From contig CAVYRH010000008.1 in the NCBI GenBank assembly GCA_963770835.1, forward strand, positions 1 through 64,000: a stretch of DNA of 64,000 bases. Direction: 5' to 3'. The position numbers and the translations under genes are program-made. The notes beneath the pieces are model-generated. The model made no database searches. It saw nothing but the letters and a program-made list of their open reading frames with translations, and had not been told where the DNA came from. Source of the stretch: an uncultured Pseudomonadota bacterium (GTDB lineage: Bacteria; Oederibacteriota; Muellerivitia; Muellerivitales; Muellerivitaceae). Each line of letters opens with the position of its first letter. Positions within the stretch are counted from its first letter, which is position 1. Below are positions 9,401-18,379 of this stretch, piece by piece.

Positions 9401-10739
9401 AAGTCAGAGGTGAACCCGCAGCAACATCAATGTCAAATTGAACATACTGGTAATTACCTAGGTTTACGATGCGCGCCGAAGACGCGTTATACTGCGTCCA
9501 ATTCCATCCTATTTCCGCGTAATAAGAAGACGCCGGCCAGTTGTAGGAAATATCCATGCCGTAAGATCCAGTGTGCTTCGCCGTCGCATTTTCTGCAATG
9601 GTTGCGTTTCCCACCCAGGTTGATCCCGACGCTAGGTCGGTGTTAGTGGTTTCCCCATCGTAATAGGTGTAAAGACATCCACCAATCGTCGCTGTTGGAG
9701 TCGCTGTAACAGTCAAGGTTGGGGTTCGAGTTATAGTGGGTGTGGGAGTAGCCGTGCCAGGGATAGAAGTACTGGTGGGAGTGGGGGTGGGACCAGTCAC
9801 GCAGCCAATATTCGCAGTCGTCGTCGTTCCCGGCGGAGAACCCTCTTTTGGGGTAAAACTACCGCTGCTCACAGTAACGGTTAAGGGAGCTACACTAGTT
9901 TCATAACTTGTTAATACACAAGTCAAGTTGCCTGAATAAGCACCGGCACCCCAGAAATTCGGTATTTGGCTAGCGGAGCCTTGTCGGCTTACAGAAGCTC
10001 CATTGATCGTAACTGATTTGATTGGAAAGAATACGTCCAAAAACATTATTGGGGCCCAAGTAGAACTCGAGCCATTTGCCCATTCGTAAGCCACATTACC
10101 CGTCGAATTATTAAATTCTACGTTTGCATTTCCAGTTAAGGGGCATTGAACAAAACGCCAGGTCACAGTTGAACCACTGAGGGTATTCGTGCCCGTGTTG
10201 GAAGGAAAAGAACCACCATTCAACAATGCGTTGTAGGCCGTCTGGGACAAGTCCAAATGGTACGAGCCCACCCAACAGTTGTTGGCGTTCGCTCCTCCTT
10301 GCGGGCATTCATCAGTAATCATGACCGTAACCGATTTGGAGGTGGCGCTGTTATACAAAGCAGCGCAAGCCCCACAAGGATAACCGCCCAGGCCCCCGCC
10401 ATTGCCCCCCGAAGCCGCAGTATCCCCAAAAGAATCACTGTCAATAGCGGCGAAATAATTGGGGTCATAAGTGCCCGCAGGATAGCCGCAAGCCGAGAGA
10501 CTAGAGGCCGTAAAATAAGTTGGTTGGTTTTCCTGATAAGTGATTGGAGCATCGCTGGGACACCATTGGGGGGTTGCCATCAAGGTGGGGATCGAGACGT
10601 AATTGGAATAGCTGTAGGTAGCCGCATGAGGGGAGCCGGTAGTTAAAGTAAAAACAAGCAATACAAGAAAGCCGGGTATAAGCTTCAAGGGAATTGAAGG
10701 TATTAAATATTCAAATCGTCTAAAAAAATTTAATTTCAA
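6441..10739 (-). CDS. Secreted modular protein: expansin-like domain, two CBM11/CIA30-like domains, Thr-rich stalk, Ig-like domain, YPNP C-terminal sorting-type domain
   Basis: Signal peptide; expansin/DPBB motifs ACG, CGAC, ITDECP, HLDLS, VTWRFVQC; beta-sandwich endings TVYFDNFGF and ISLDNICI; TPTNT repeats; C-terminal VVYPNP...LASGLYY...KLLLLR. Confidence 0.85.
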   Translation of the reverse strand: MKLNFFRRFEYLIPSIPLKLIPGFLVLLVFTLTTGSPHAATYSYSNYVSIPTLMATPQWCPSDAPITYQENQPTYFTASSLSACGYPAGTYDPNYFAAIDSDSFGDTAASGGNGGGLGGYPCGACAALYNSATSKSVTVMITDECPQGGANANNCWVGSYHLDLSQTAYNALLNGGSFPSNTGTNTLSGSTVTWRFVQCPLTGNANVEFNNSTGNVAYEWANGSSSTWAPIMFLDVFFPIKSVTINGASVSRQGSASQIPNFWGAGAYSGNLTCVLTSYETSVAPLTVTVSSGSFTPKEGSPPGTTTTANIGCVTGPTPTPTSTSIPGTATPTPTITRTPTLTVTATPTATIGGCLYTYYDGETTNTDLASGSTWVGNATIAENATAKHTGSYGMDISYNWPASSYYAEIGWNWTQYNASSARIVNLGNYQYVQFDIDVAAGSPLTLAAFLVDEPGAGAAQTFTGGTTTYAVGTAASAPYPITLTSTGWQTITIPVSAFGTGVTVAAPNGYTYTNGSTYSVAKVGEIDLSVYASAAAGTATVYFDNFGFRGTCPTSTPTNTASSTPTPTPPGPTATPTATYQCFNFDDFENGYVATTDSASEDNLGSGINGYSWSGGTFSAITVVSPGAVGNYALQASGNPVTGGYGVEGAVAASDENLSWLGGLSFYVMTNVATTLRVNINSAPITDSNYYGYTFASTTSWTQITVPYSSLTQGWSSATSIVSLSEALTAVTGLSWQTAVTGTGPITISLDNICIMTNNPPPTSTATSTPSKTPTTTPTYTASKTPTATLTNSPTYTVSNTATNSTTSTATNSPTRTASLTPTATATNTLLSTGTPTSSATNTLTYTATNSPTRTVTSTPTATATYTLVNTGTPTSSATNTLTNTVTGSPTRTATLTPTATATNTLVNTGTPTSTATNSPTQTTISTPMATATATLVNTGTPTSTATKTATMTVTSTTTNTPTNSPTKTPTMTPSATATNTLANTATNTATSTSTFTPTNTTTRTPTATATNTDTNTATSTITSTPTNTGTSTPTATGTLPTATDSPTLTPSSTPTLTTTKTTTATVTDTPTNTATNTATRTATNTATNTYTLSATATSTNSATSTATMTATLTTSDTPTGTPTETLVNTGTPTNTTTLTPTSAPTNTLVNTATPTFTPTNTPTSTTTSTVSNTPTAIPTAVIVTASQGPNPPVNSNQQSGATNVAVQQVLLTNPSASVISMTSLTLSVSGTGSSANITSVILWANGAPIATTSFSGSVATFVFNGTLPASSGVTYTVTANFGTNASGTYMFNVTGASGNNGQAAQFTGLPVAGATITVTHPTSTPTLSPTVTVTSTPQPVTTPVVYPNPSNGGPVNVLPPTFPGTADVKIQLFTTAFRRVQEKTYFSIPNGPQKVFMQDDWGNPLASGLYYVVITVDGSQRTIAKLLLLR

Positions 10740-10866
10740 ACCCAGACCTCACTTAAAATGACCTGACCTGCAGACTTGCCGCCAAAAGAGGAGCCCTTGT
10801 TTCCCTTAAATAAACATGCATTTTCTATTCCGGAGAAGCGCAAAAACTTTAACGGTAAATGCTTGA

Positions 10867-10879
10867 AAAGCGCTTTCTT
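10867..10879. promoter_or_regulatory. Candidate LacI-family operator AAAGCGCTTTCTT (second copy)
   Basis: Identical to 2935-2947; about 130 bp upstream of the expansin gene start. Confidence 0.5.
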
Positions 10880-11204
10880 ATAACCTTGCTACTTCAAACG
10901 CCCAACCAGCCATATTCACAATTCCGACGAAAATAGTCCGAAAACTTACAGTATCTAACCCAACCAAACCAATTTAAGTGATGGTGAGATTTTAGCATGA
11001 TTTCAATAAAAGTCTAATCTGGATCCATCAATTACCATCTCAAATCCAATGAATTTTAACGATAAGTTATTTTTAAATTAAATTTCTTATCCAACATTAT
11101 TTGATTTACTCCTTATTAAGACTTTCCCAGCAGTGATTTGTTTATCATTTATTCCGTCAGGGTCTTTGAATGAAAAGTGATTTTTTGCACAAAGGATAAA
11201 AATC

Positions 11205-11798
11205 ATGCGGGCCTTTTCTTTTTGGAAGAGCACTTTATTTCGAATGTTCCTTTTATTAGGACTAGCCGTTTTTCAGTTTCAAGGTTGTATTTCATCGACG
11301 CCTCCAAAATCCAGGGCCCTTGAAGTCGGGGACAAGTTGCTTGATTTTTCCTTGATGGAGGAAAACAGCCAGATATTCAAGTTCTCGAACCTGGATCCCG
11401 GATGGTACTTGGTTATCGCTTTGTACCGCGGTTATTATTGTAATGCCTGCAAGGACATGCTTTTTGACTTAAAAGATAACTACTCCCTCTTTGCCCCTTC
11501 ACGTGCCACATTTGTTGCAGTAAGCACGGATAGCCCCGAGGATTCCTACAACTTCAATAGCCAATGGCAGTTTCCCTTTCCACTTCTTTCAGATCCAAGC
11601 CTGAGACTTATTGACGCTTTTGGAGCCAGGCACCCCCACGGGCACGGGATTTACGACATTGCTCACCCTGCAATTATTATCATTGATCCTCAAAAAATTA
11701 TTCGGTACAAAAAAATTGGGAAAAACCCGGATGAACTGCCGAACGCCCACGAAATACTTTCGATTATTCAAGGATTGGAAAACAAAGGTAAAACTTAG
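11205..11798 (+). CDS. Peroxiredoxin-like (AhpC/TSA, BCP-type) protein, possibly a lipoprotein
   Basis: LEVGDKLLDFSL, YRGYYCNAC (CxxC), FVAVSTD, FPLLSDP, PAIIIIDP; hydrophobic N-terminus ending FQGC. Confidence 0.85.
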   Translation: MRAFSFWKSTLFRMFLLLGLAVFQFQGCISSTPPKSRALEVGDKLLDFSLMEENSQIFKFSNLDPGWYLVIALYRGYYCNACKDMLFDLKDNYSLFAPSRATFVAVSTDSPEDSYNFNSQWQFPFPLLSDPSLRLIDAFGARHPHGHGIYDIAHPAIIIIDPQKIIRYKKIGKNPDELPNAHEILSIIQGLENKGKT

Positions 11799-11840
11799 AG
11801 CCACTGAAAAAAACAACTCTTTGATGTAATTCCAACTGTT

Positions 11841-13097
11841 TTACTTTACTTCATCCCCATCCAATAACTCCTTCTCTATTTCCGCTTCAGAAGAAGATTC
11901 TACGGAAACGGGAAGCCCCTCAACATTCTTCAACTTCTTCTCGATCGTACGGGTTTTTTTGGCCGCATCATCAATAGTGTTGCTGGCCTCCTGGAGTTTC
12001 TTTTGGGTTTTTTCAAGAATACCCGCGAAAAGACCGAACTCTTTTTTAACCATACCCAGCAAATTCCAAACCTCGCTCGTTCGTTTTTCAATGGCGAGGG
12101 TTCGAAACCCCACTTGAAGGCTGTTCAAAATGGCGGCCAATGTAGTCGGACCCGTAATGACAATACGGTGATCCCGTTGGAGGGAATCCAGCAGACCCGG
12201 CTGACGCAGCACTTCGGCGTAGAGGCCTTCGGTGGGAAGGAACAAAATTCCGAAATCTGTCGTATGGGGTGGATCCAGGTATTTTTCTTTAATATTCCGG
12301 GCTTCCGATTTAATGCGGCTCACCAGGCTTTTCGAAGATTCCTCGGCCCCCGCCGCATCCCCCTTTTCGATTGCATCCACCAACCGCTGGTAATCCTCCT
12401 GGGGGAATTTGGCGTCGATGGGCAGCCACACATCCGAATCCCTGCCCGGCTCACGCCCAGGAAGGCGTATGGCAAATTCCACCCTATCGTTGCTGCCCTC
12501 CCTCGTGACAACATTTTTCGCGTATTGTTCGGGGGATAACATCTGTTGTAAAAGGCCCTCCAACTGGACCTCGCCCCAGGTTCCACGGGTCTTCACATTG
12601 GTCAAGGTCCGTTGCAAAGCTCCAACATCCGCGGCAAGGGACTGCATCTCGCCAAGCCCCTGGTGGACCTGCTCCAGCCGTTCGCTCACCTGGCGGAACG
12701 AGTCGTTGAGGCGCTTTTCCAGGGTGGCTTGGAGTTTCTCATCCACCACCAACCGCATCTGATCAAGCTTAACGGCATTTTCATCCCTTAAGGATTTCAA
12801 TTGTTGCTCAAGGGTTTGACGAATCGATTCCAACTTTTGCTCGTTCAATTGGGCCAAGGAATGGAGCTGACGCCCCAGTTCTTCCCGGGCGGCCCTTTCA
12901 TTGGAGTTCGATTCCTCCCGGTTTCGTCCAATCTCGTCTTTAAGGACCTTCTCCAATCTTTCCTGATCCCGGCTCAAAACCTCAAACTGTTTAACCAAAG
13001 AAGGTCCCAAACCCGACCCCGTATTCTTCAAAAGGAGAATCAAAATCCAAATTCCAACCCCCAGGCCCAAAGCAATCAACGACCATTCCAGGATCAT
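11841..13097 (-). CDS. rmuC: DNA recombination protein RmuC
   Basis: N-terminal TM and coiled coil, KTRGTWGEVQLE, LPIDAKFPQEDY, TTDFGILFLPTEGLYAE, GPTTLAAILNSL; ATG 13097 with AGAGGA RBS. Confidence 0.95.
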   Translation of the reverse strand: MILEWSLIALGLGVGIWILILLLKNTGSGLGPSLVKQFEVLSRDQERLEKVLKDEIGRNREESNSNERAAREELGRQLHSLAQLNEQKLESIRQTLEQQLKSLRDENAVKLDQMRLVVDEKLQATLEKRLNDSFRQVSERLEQVHQGLGEMQSLAADVGALQRTLTNVKTRGTWGEVQLEGLLQQMLSPEQYAKNVVTREGSNDRVEFAIRLPGREPGRDSDVWLPIDAKFPQEDYQRLVDAIEKGDAAGAEESSKSLVSRIKSEARNIKEKYLDPPHTTDFGILFLPTEGLYAEVLRQPGLLDSLQRDHRIVITGPTTLAAILNSLQVGFRTLAIEKRTSEVWNLLGMVKKEFGLFAGILEKTQKKLQEASNTIDDAAKKTRTIEKKLKNVEGLPVSVESSSEAEIEKELLDGDEVK

Positions 13098-13263
13098 TCT
13101 GCGTCCTCTTAATAAGTTCTTCTGCCTCGTCAACTACCGGCGGTTAACATCGTTATAGTCTCCTTCGAGTCCCGGTGCAACGTCCGGCAATAGGGTTATT
13201 CTTACTTCCCCCAACCAAACCTAAAGGGTTTTTTCCCTTTATTCCTCCGGTGATGCCGTTAAA

Positions 13264-15126
13264 ATGCATGGACTCATTCTTAAAGGAGCATCGATCTTAA
13301 TGGCTTTAATTGACCCCCTGAAGCGCTACAAGCCAATCCCCCTTTCCCGAAAAAAACGCACCAAACTGCCTTCCTTCCGGATGGTACTACTGTTCATCCT
13401 TTTGCTTTTCGGGCTGCTGACTTGCAAAACCTTTCTGACGAATCAATTCAATTACTTCAAGGGTCTCAAATATTGGAGAAGCGGTGACTTGGAACTGGCC
13501 AAAATGGAGTTCAACAAGGTTCTCACCCGCACCCCCGGCGATGCCAAGGCAGTGGACGGGCTGGGCCTGGTGGAAATGAAAGCGGGCGAACTTGAAAAGG
13601 CCAAGGAGCTTTACGATCGAGCCATGAAAATGGGCCTATCCTATAGCGGAAAGTTCAGCCACCTGAAAACCGGCCAAGCTTTTATCGACGATGGAAAGTA
13701 CAACGTCGCCGAGTTGGAACTGCAGCATGCCCTGGAACTTCAACCCAACAATCCGGATATCTATGTCGCGCTTGGCACCGTGGAAAGAGCCCTAGGTCAG
13801 GTGAGCAAGGGTGAGAAATATTATGAAGCTGCCCTGAATTACGATCCTAAGAATAAAAAAATGCAGGTTTTGCTGGAACAGGCCCGTGAGGAAAAAGACC
13901 GGGGCTCGATTTATTACATTTTTGACCGCAACGGCGTGCCCCTGGCCCTCCAATGGGCGAAAAATGGCGAACGCGGCTATCCCATGGGCAAGGAATTCGC
14001 CCATCTCATTGGTTATATCGACCAGCAAGCAACCAATAACCGTGGGAGCATGGGTTTAGAGAAGGTCTACCAACAGTACTTCCCGGGTAACAAGCTCTAC
14101 CTAACCATCGACAGCCGGATCCAGCGCGTCCTTTCGAAAGCCCTGGGGTGGCAAAAGGGCTCCATCGTGGTCCTCAATCCGCGAACCGGTGAAATCCTCG
14201 GTTGCGTCTCCCAACCCACCTTCACCCCCGAAAAGGTGCATGACGAATGGTGGAACTATATCGCCAACAAGAACACGCCTTTGAAAAACCGTTCTTTCGA
14301 GGGGCTTTACGAACCGGGTTCCATCATCAAAATAATTTCGTCGGCGGCTGCAGAAGAAAAAAATATTAATTTATCGCAAGTTTTTCCTTTTTATTGCAAG
14401 GGTTTCATGACCATCGACGGAAAGATCTTCATGGACTGGAAAAAGCATAAGCTCATCCACAGCCTCGCAGAAGCCTTTGACGCCTCCTGCAATATGGGGT
14501 TCGCCCGGCTCGGCTTCGCCTTGGGCGAGGATACTCTTTTCGAGTTCAACAACCGCTTCGGTTTCAACGCGGTCCCCAAAACCATCGAGCTTCCCGTAAC
14601 CGCCAGCGTTTCCCCCAAACTGGGCTTAAGCCGCTACGAACTGGCGGAAACCGCCACCGGTTTGGGGCCCACCTTTCGCATCACCCCGTTAAACGCCGCC
14701 ATGATGGCCTCCGCCATCGCCAATGATGGCGTGATGATGTCACCCTACCTCACGGACAAGCTCACCAACATCAACGGAAAAGTCCTGCTGGAAAACAAGC
14801 CGGTCGTTTACAAAAATACCATCAGCCGCCAGACCGCCCAATTCCTCACCACCTTGATGCTGAACGACGTGGAGCGCGGCATCGGTGTGAAGGCCCGCAT
14901 TCAAGGCATCAAAATCGCCGGCAAGACTGGAACTTCCGGCAGCCGCGACCCCAATTTCCACGCCTGGTTCATCTGCTTCGCGCCTGTGGAAAACCCCAAA
15001 GTCGCCATAGCCATCGTGGCGGAAAACGGCGGCACGGGCAAGGATGTGGCCGCCCCCATCGCCCGGAAGGTTTTTGAGGGGATCATGGACATCATGGATT
15101 TAACGTCCGGCGAAGTTAAAAAATAG
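13264..15126 (+). CDS. TPR-containing class B penicillin-binding transpeptidase (PbpA-like)
   Basis: TM anchor, TPR repeats, PGSIIK (SxxK), SCN (SxN), KTGT, HAWFICFAP. Confidence 0.88.
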   Translation: MHGLILKGASILMALIDPLKRYKPIPLSRKKRTKLPSFRMVLLFILLLFGLLTCKTFLTNQFNYFKGLKYWRSGDLELAKMEFNKVLTRTPGDAKAVDGLGLVEMKAGELEKAKELYDRAMKMGLSYSGKFSHLKTGQAFIDDGKYNVAELELQHALELQPNNPDIYVALGTVERALGQVSKGEKYYEAALNYDPKNKKMQVLLEQAREEKDRGSIYYIFDRNGVPLALQWAKNGERGYPMGKEFAHLIGYIDQQATNNRGSMGLEKVYQQYFPGNKLYLTIDSRIQRVLSKALGWQKGSIVVLNPRTGEILGCVSQPTFTPEKVHDEWWNYIANKNTPLKNRSFEGLYEPGSIIKIISSAAAEEKNINLSQVFPFYCKGFMTIDGKIFMDWKKHKLIHSLAEAFDASCNMGFARLGFALGEDTLFEFNNRFGFNAVPKTIELPVTASVSPKLGLSRYELAETATGLGPTFRITPLNAAMMASAIANDGVMMSPYLTDKLTNINGKVLLENKPVVYKNTISRQTAQFLTTLMLNDVERGIGVKARIQGIKIAGKTGTSGSRDPNFHAWFICFAPVENPKVAIAIVAENGGTGKDVAAPIARKVFEGIMDIMDLTSGEVKK

Positions 15127-15135
15127 GAGAACCCT

Positions 15136-15354
15136 ATGATGTTATTTAAGATCTTAGCCAGCACCGTGGTCGGGCTTTTGGGCGGCTATTACATGTATCG
15201 CGGGAAGAAAACCCAGAATTTTAAGATGATCCTCTGGGGCGCCGTGCTCATTATTCTTTCTTATGTCGTATTTTCCGGGGGCGGAAACGACCAAGACTCC
15301 AAAGCTATGTTAAACACCTTGATGCAAACAACCCCAGGCCAACAACAACCTTAA
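15136..15354 (+). CDS. Small membrane protein, two TM segments
   Basis: AGGAGA RBS 9 bp after the PBP stop; two hydrophobic segments. Confidence 0.7.
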   Translation: MMLFKILASTVVGLLGGYYMYRGKKTQNFKMILWGAVLIILSYVVFSGGGNDQDSKAMLNTLMQTTPGQQQP

Positions 15355-15387
15355 ATCTCCATTCCTTTCGAAATTCGATTCCATTAA

Positions 15388-16679
15388 GGGCACCTCTAAA
15401 AATTCTGTTTGAAGGCTTTACGGTCACCTCAAACCAGTTTGCAACCCTCAACCAAAGGAGTTCGTGGAAATTTTTGGCCCGGAATCTCCCTTCGGCTACT
15501 CCCAGAACCTTTCCTTAGCCCCCAAAGTCTTTAAAATCTATGCGTTCACTGCCTCCGGACGCATTCGTCCCATTAAGTACGTAAATCGCTGCATGTTGTA
15601 AGCCAGGTTCCGCATTCCTATCTTCATCCGGGCCCTCACCTTGCCCACCACCCTCAACCAGTTTCCACCCATCGCCGTTTCCATGTGCCCGAACACATGC
15701 TCGACTCTCGCCCGAACCTTGGACCGCATCTTGTTCAACTTTTCCTGGAACTCCGTCATGGGATGATTCCGATTCGACTTGTAATGAATCTGGTTGTTAT
15801 ATCGCCTGCGCTTCAAGGTCTTGTTCTTCTTCTGTGACCGGTATGCGCTGTCTGCCCACACCTTCTTGCGGTTCTCCACGTCCAACAACTCCTCGAAAAC
15901 CTCCCGGTCGGGTACCGAAGCCGCCGTCACCTCAAACTTCCGGACCAGCTTGTGTTTCTTATCCACGTTGATATGGTTCTTGTACCCGTAGTGATTCACG
16001 CCGTTTTTTTGCACCCATCTCGCATCCACGTCTTTTTGCCTCATCTTATCGGTATCCCCCTTCCACTCCTGAGGTGTTTCCCCCTTCTTGATCTGGCCGT
16101 TTTCGTCTTTGGTGTTCCTCTGCCGGGGCACTTCCACTATCGAAGCATCGATGATCTGCCCTTCCTGGGCCTTCAGCCCGACCCGATCCAGGTGCCGGTT
16201 GAATTTCCCGAACAACTGGTCAATCCAGCCGCCTTGGGCCAGCTTGTTGCGGTATAACCAGATGGTCTTGGCATCCGGCACATCCTTATCCATACCCAGC
16301 CCCAAAAACCTCATGAAACTCAGCCGGTCCTGGATATGGAATTGTGTCCTTTCGTCCGCCAGGTTGTATAGGGCCTGTAAAACTAGCACCTTGAACATTA
16401 GTACTTCATCGTACGGGGTACGCCCCGCCTCGCTTTTGCGTTCCTTATCGCGTAATGCCTTGCGCAACATACTGCGGAAATCCTCCCAGGGCACTACTCG
16501 GTTCAAGGCTTCCAGTGGGTCCCCCATTTCATCCAGGGATTTCAAGCGGTCTTGAAGGTCGAAGAATCCGGTTTGGCCCATTGCGGCACCTCGTTCAAGG
16601 ATTTTTCAGCGTTTTCACGCGCTGTTTTCTCCTTGTACCTCCTTCACTTCGTCTCTACAACCAATTTTTAGACGTGCCC
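15388..16679 (-). mobile_element. IS5-family insertion sequence, copy 1 (1292 bp)
   Basis: Terminal IRs GGGCAC(G/C)TCTAAAAATT; TTAA on both flanks (15384-15387 and 16680-16683). Confidence 0.95.
15538..16581 (-). CDS. IS5-family DDE transposase
   Basis: IIDAS, WADSAY, RARVEHVFG, GYKNHINVD; GAGGTG RBS. Confidence 0.95.
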   Translation of the reverse strand: MGQTGFFDLQDRLKSLDEMGDPLEALNRVVPWEDFRSMLRKALRDKERKSEAGRTPYDEVLMFKVLVLQALYNLADERTQFHIQDRLSFMRFLGLGMDKDVPDAKTIWLYRNKLAQGGWIDQLFGKFNRHLDRVGLKAQEGQIIDASIVEVPRQRNTKDENGQIKKGETPQEWKGDTDKMRQKDVDARWVQKNGVNHYGYKNHINVDKKHKLVRKFEVTAASVPDREVFEELLDVENRKKVWADSAYRSQKKNKTLKRRRYNNQIHYKSNRNHPMTEFQEKLNKMRSKVRARVEHVFGHMETAMGGNWLRVVGKVRARMKIGMRNLAYNMQRFTYLMGRMRPEAVNA

Positions 16680-17819
16680 TTAAGGGATTTCCAACTTCTT
16701 CGGGTAAACCGTCAGATTCTGATGGCCCTTGGGCGTCACCACCAGCAAATCCTCAATCCGCACCGCACCCACCCCAGGATAATAAAGCCCGGGTTCCACC
16801 GTCACCACTTCCCCTTTTTTCAGGACGTGGTCTGAGGCATTCACCCGGGGCGGCTCATGCACATCCAGCCCCAAGCCATGGCCCGTTCCATGGAAAAAAC
16901 CAACCATGGTCCCGTTCCGACGTTCAGTCTTGTAACCCTTGGATTCCATGTCCCTTCGGATGGCATTATGGACATCCTTCCCATTCACACCCGGGGCCAC
17001 CATGCGGATTCCCTTTTCTTGCGCCACCTTTACCGCCTCGTACTGGGCCTTGAGTGCAGGCGAAGCCTTCCCCTTAACGAAAGTGCGGGTAATATCCGCG
17101 TAATAAAAAGTGTCACCCGACCGGGGAAAGACGTCCACGATCAGCGATTGGTGGGCCCACACGGTGCCCGTCCCTTCGTTATGGGGGTCACAGCCCTGGT
17201 TGCCGCTGGCCACGATGGTATGGCTTCCAACACAGTTGTTTTCCATCATGGAAACGTTCAGGACCTTCTTCAATAATTCGGAGGTCACCCATTGGCCCCT
17301 ATAGAAAATCTTCTTTCCCACGATCTTGGAGGCCCGAAGCAAATCCTCCAGCTTGTGGATGGCGGCCTCGGTATGCCGCAAGGATTGAGTGATCATCTTC
17401 ACCTCTTCCTTGGACTTGGAAACCCGCTCCTCGAAAAAAGGGTCGGGCTTGCTTTCCACATCGATTCCTCGTTTCCTCAAGGCGTCCGCCAGCCCCACGT
17501 TGAAGTTGTCCGGCACCAACACTTTTCGGGCCTTTTTGGATTTCAGGAAAAAAGCCGTCACATCCGCCACACCGGGCTTTTCAGTCCCGGCGGCCCTAGC
17601 CTTGAGCTGGATATCCGAGTAAGAAAGAACCTCGTCCACCTTGGCCTGTTTTTGGGCCCGCCCCAACTCCAGGTCGCTCATAAGGATGATGTCCTTCCCC
17701 CCAACCCGAAAATAAGGAAAGGGGTCAGGTACGGAAAATTTCACCGCGTAATAGAGGTTCGAGTCGTGCTCGCTGGCGGCGTACATCATTAAGACTGGTT
17801 GGTTGGAGCTTTTAACCAT
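16680..17819 (-). CDS. Xaa-Pro aminopeptidase (M24B family)
   Basis: DPHNEG, DVFP, ADITRT, HGTGHGLGLDVHE, TVEPGLY, VRIED; its TAA stop overlaps the IS target TTAA. Confidence 0.93.
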   Translation of the reverse strand: MVKSSNQPVLMMYAASEHDSNLYYAVKFSVPDPFPYFRVGGKDIILMSDLELGRAQKQAKVDEVLSYSDIQLKARAAGTEKPGVADVTAFFLKSKKARKVLVPDNFNVGLADALRKRGIDVESKPDPFFEERVSKSKEEVKMITQSLRHTEAAIHKLEDLLRASKIVGKKIFYRGQWVTSELLKKVLNVSMMENNCVGSHTIVASGNQGCDPHNEGTGTVWAHQSLIVDVFPRSGDTFYYADITRTFVKGKASPALKAQYEAVKVAQEKGIRMVAPGVNGKDVHNAIRRDMESKGYKTERRNGTMVGFFHGTGHGLGLDVHEPPRVNASDHVLKKGEVVTVEPGLYYPGVGAVRIEDLLVVTPKGHQNLTVYPKKLEIP

Positions 17820-17872
17820 AGGTTCGACTCCCCGTTAAATATAGTTAGGCGCAAAACTGACGACCAACACTC

Positions 17873-18364
17873 TTAAACACTTTCTTTCAACTGACGCAAC
17901 TTGGCTCGGTTTTTCAAATCTTCCCGAAGTTCCCGAATCCTGCCCGTCAGTTTTTCGGGCGGTATTTCGGTGTAGTCCCCTCCTGATTCCGACGTCTTGG
18001 ATTCCTCGAACTTGGAAGATTCTGTATCCACGAAAAACACGTCGGGGAGTTCAAGTCCCTCTCGGTAATCCTCGGCTATTTCCTTGAAATAATCGCCTTT
18101 GTTCACGAATTTCCGGAATCGGTAGACCAAGGCGCCTAAGGTTTTCCCGCCTTCCATCGCCCGGTGGATAAAATGAACCTCCAAATCAACGTCCCGAATG
18201 GCCAACTGGTCTTCAGGGAAATAGCTGGAAACAAAATCAATCAGCCATTTAAAAGTTTGCTCCACGTAAGCTTGTTGCGAAAACTGGTAGGCCTTTAACT
18301 GTTCTTCCATTTCCTTTTCGCTTAGCTCCGGGCCTTCTTCGCCGTCTTTCGGATCTTGGACCAT
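17873..18364 (-). CDS. Hypothetical protein
   Basis: 163-aa ORF with an AAGGGA RBS, co-oriented with its neighbours; family not recognised. Confidence 0.75.
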   Translation of the reverse strand: MVQDPKDGEEGPELSEKEMEEQLKAYQFSQQAYVEQTFKWLIDFVSSYFPEDQLAIRDVDLEVHFIHRAMEGGKTLGALVYRFRKFVNKGDYFKEIAEDYREGLELPDVFFVDTESSKFEESKTSESGGDYTEIPPEKLTGRIRELREDLKNRAKLRQLKESV

Positions 18365-18379
18365 GGTTTATTCCCTTAA

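Noticed and set aside
10740..11204. Riboswitch or ncRNA in the long AT-rich intergenic region
   Set aside because: No recognisable aptamer or strong stem-loop by eye; an Rfam scan would be needed to exclude one
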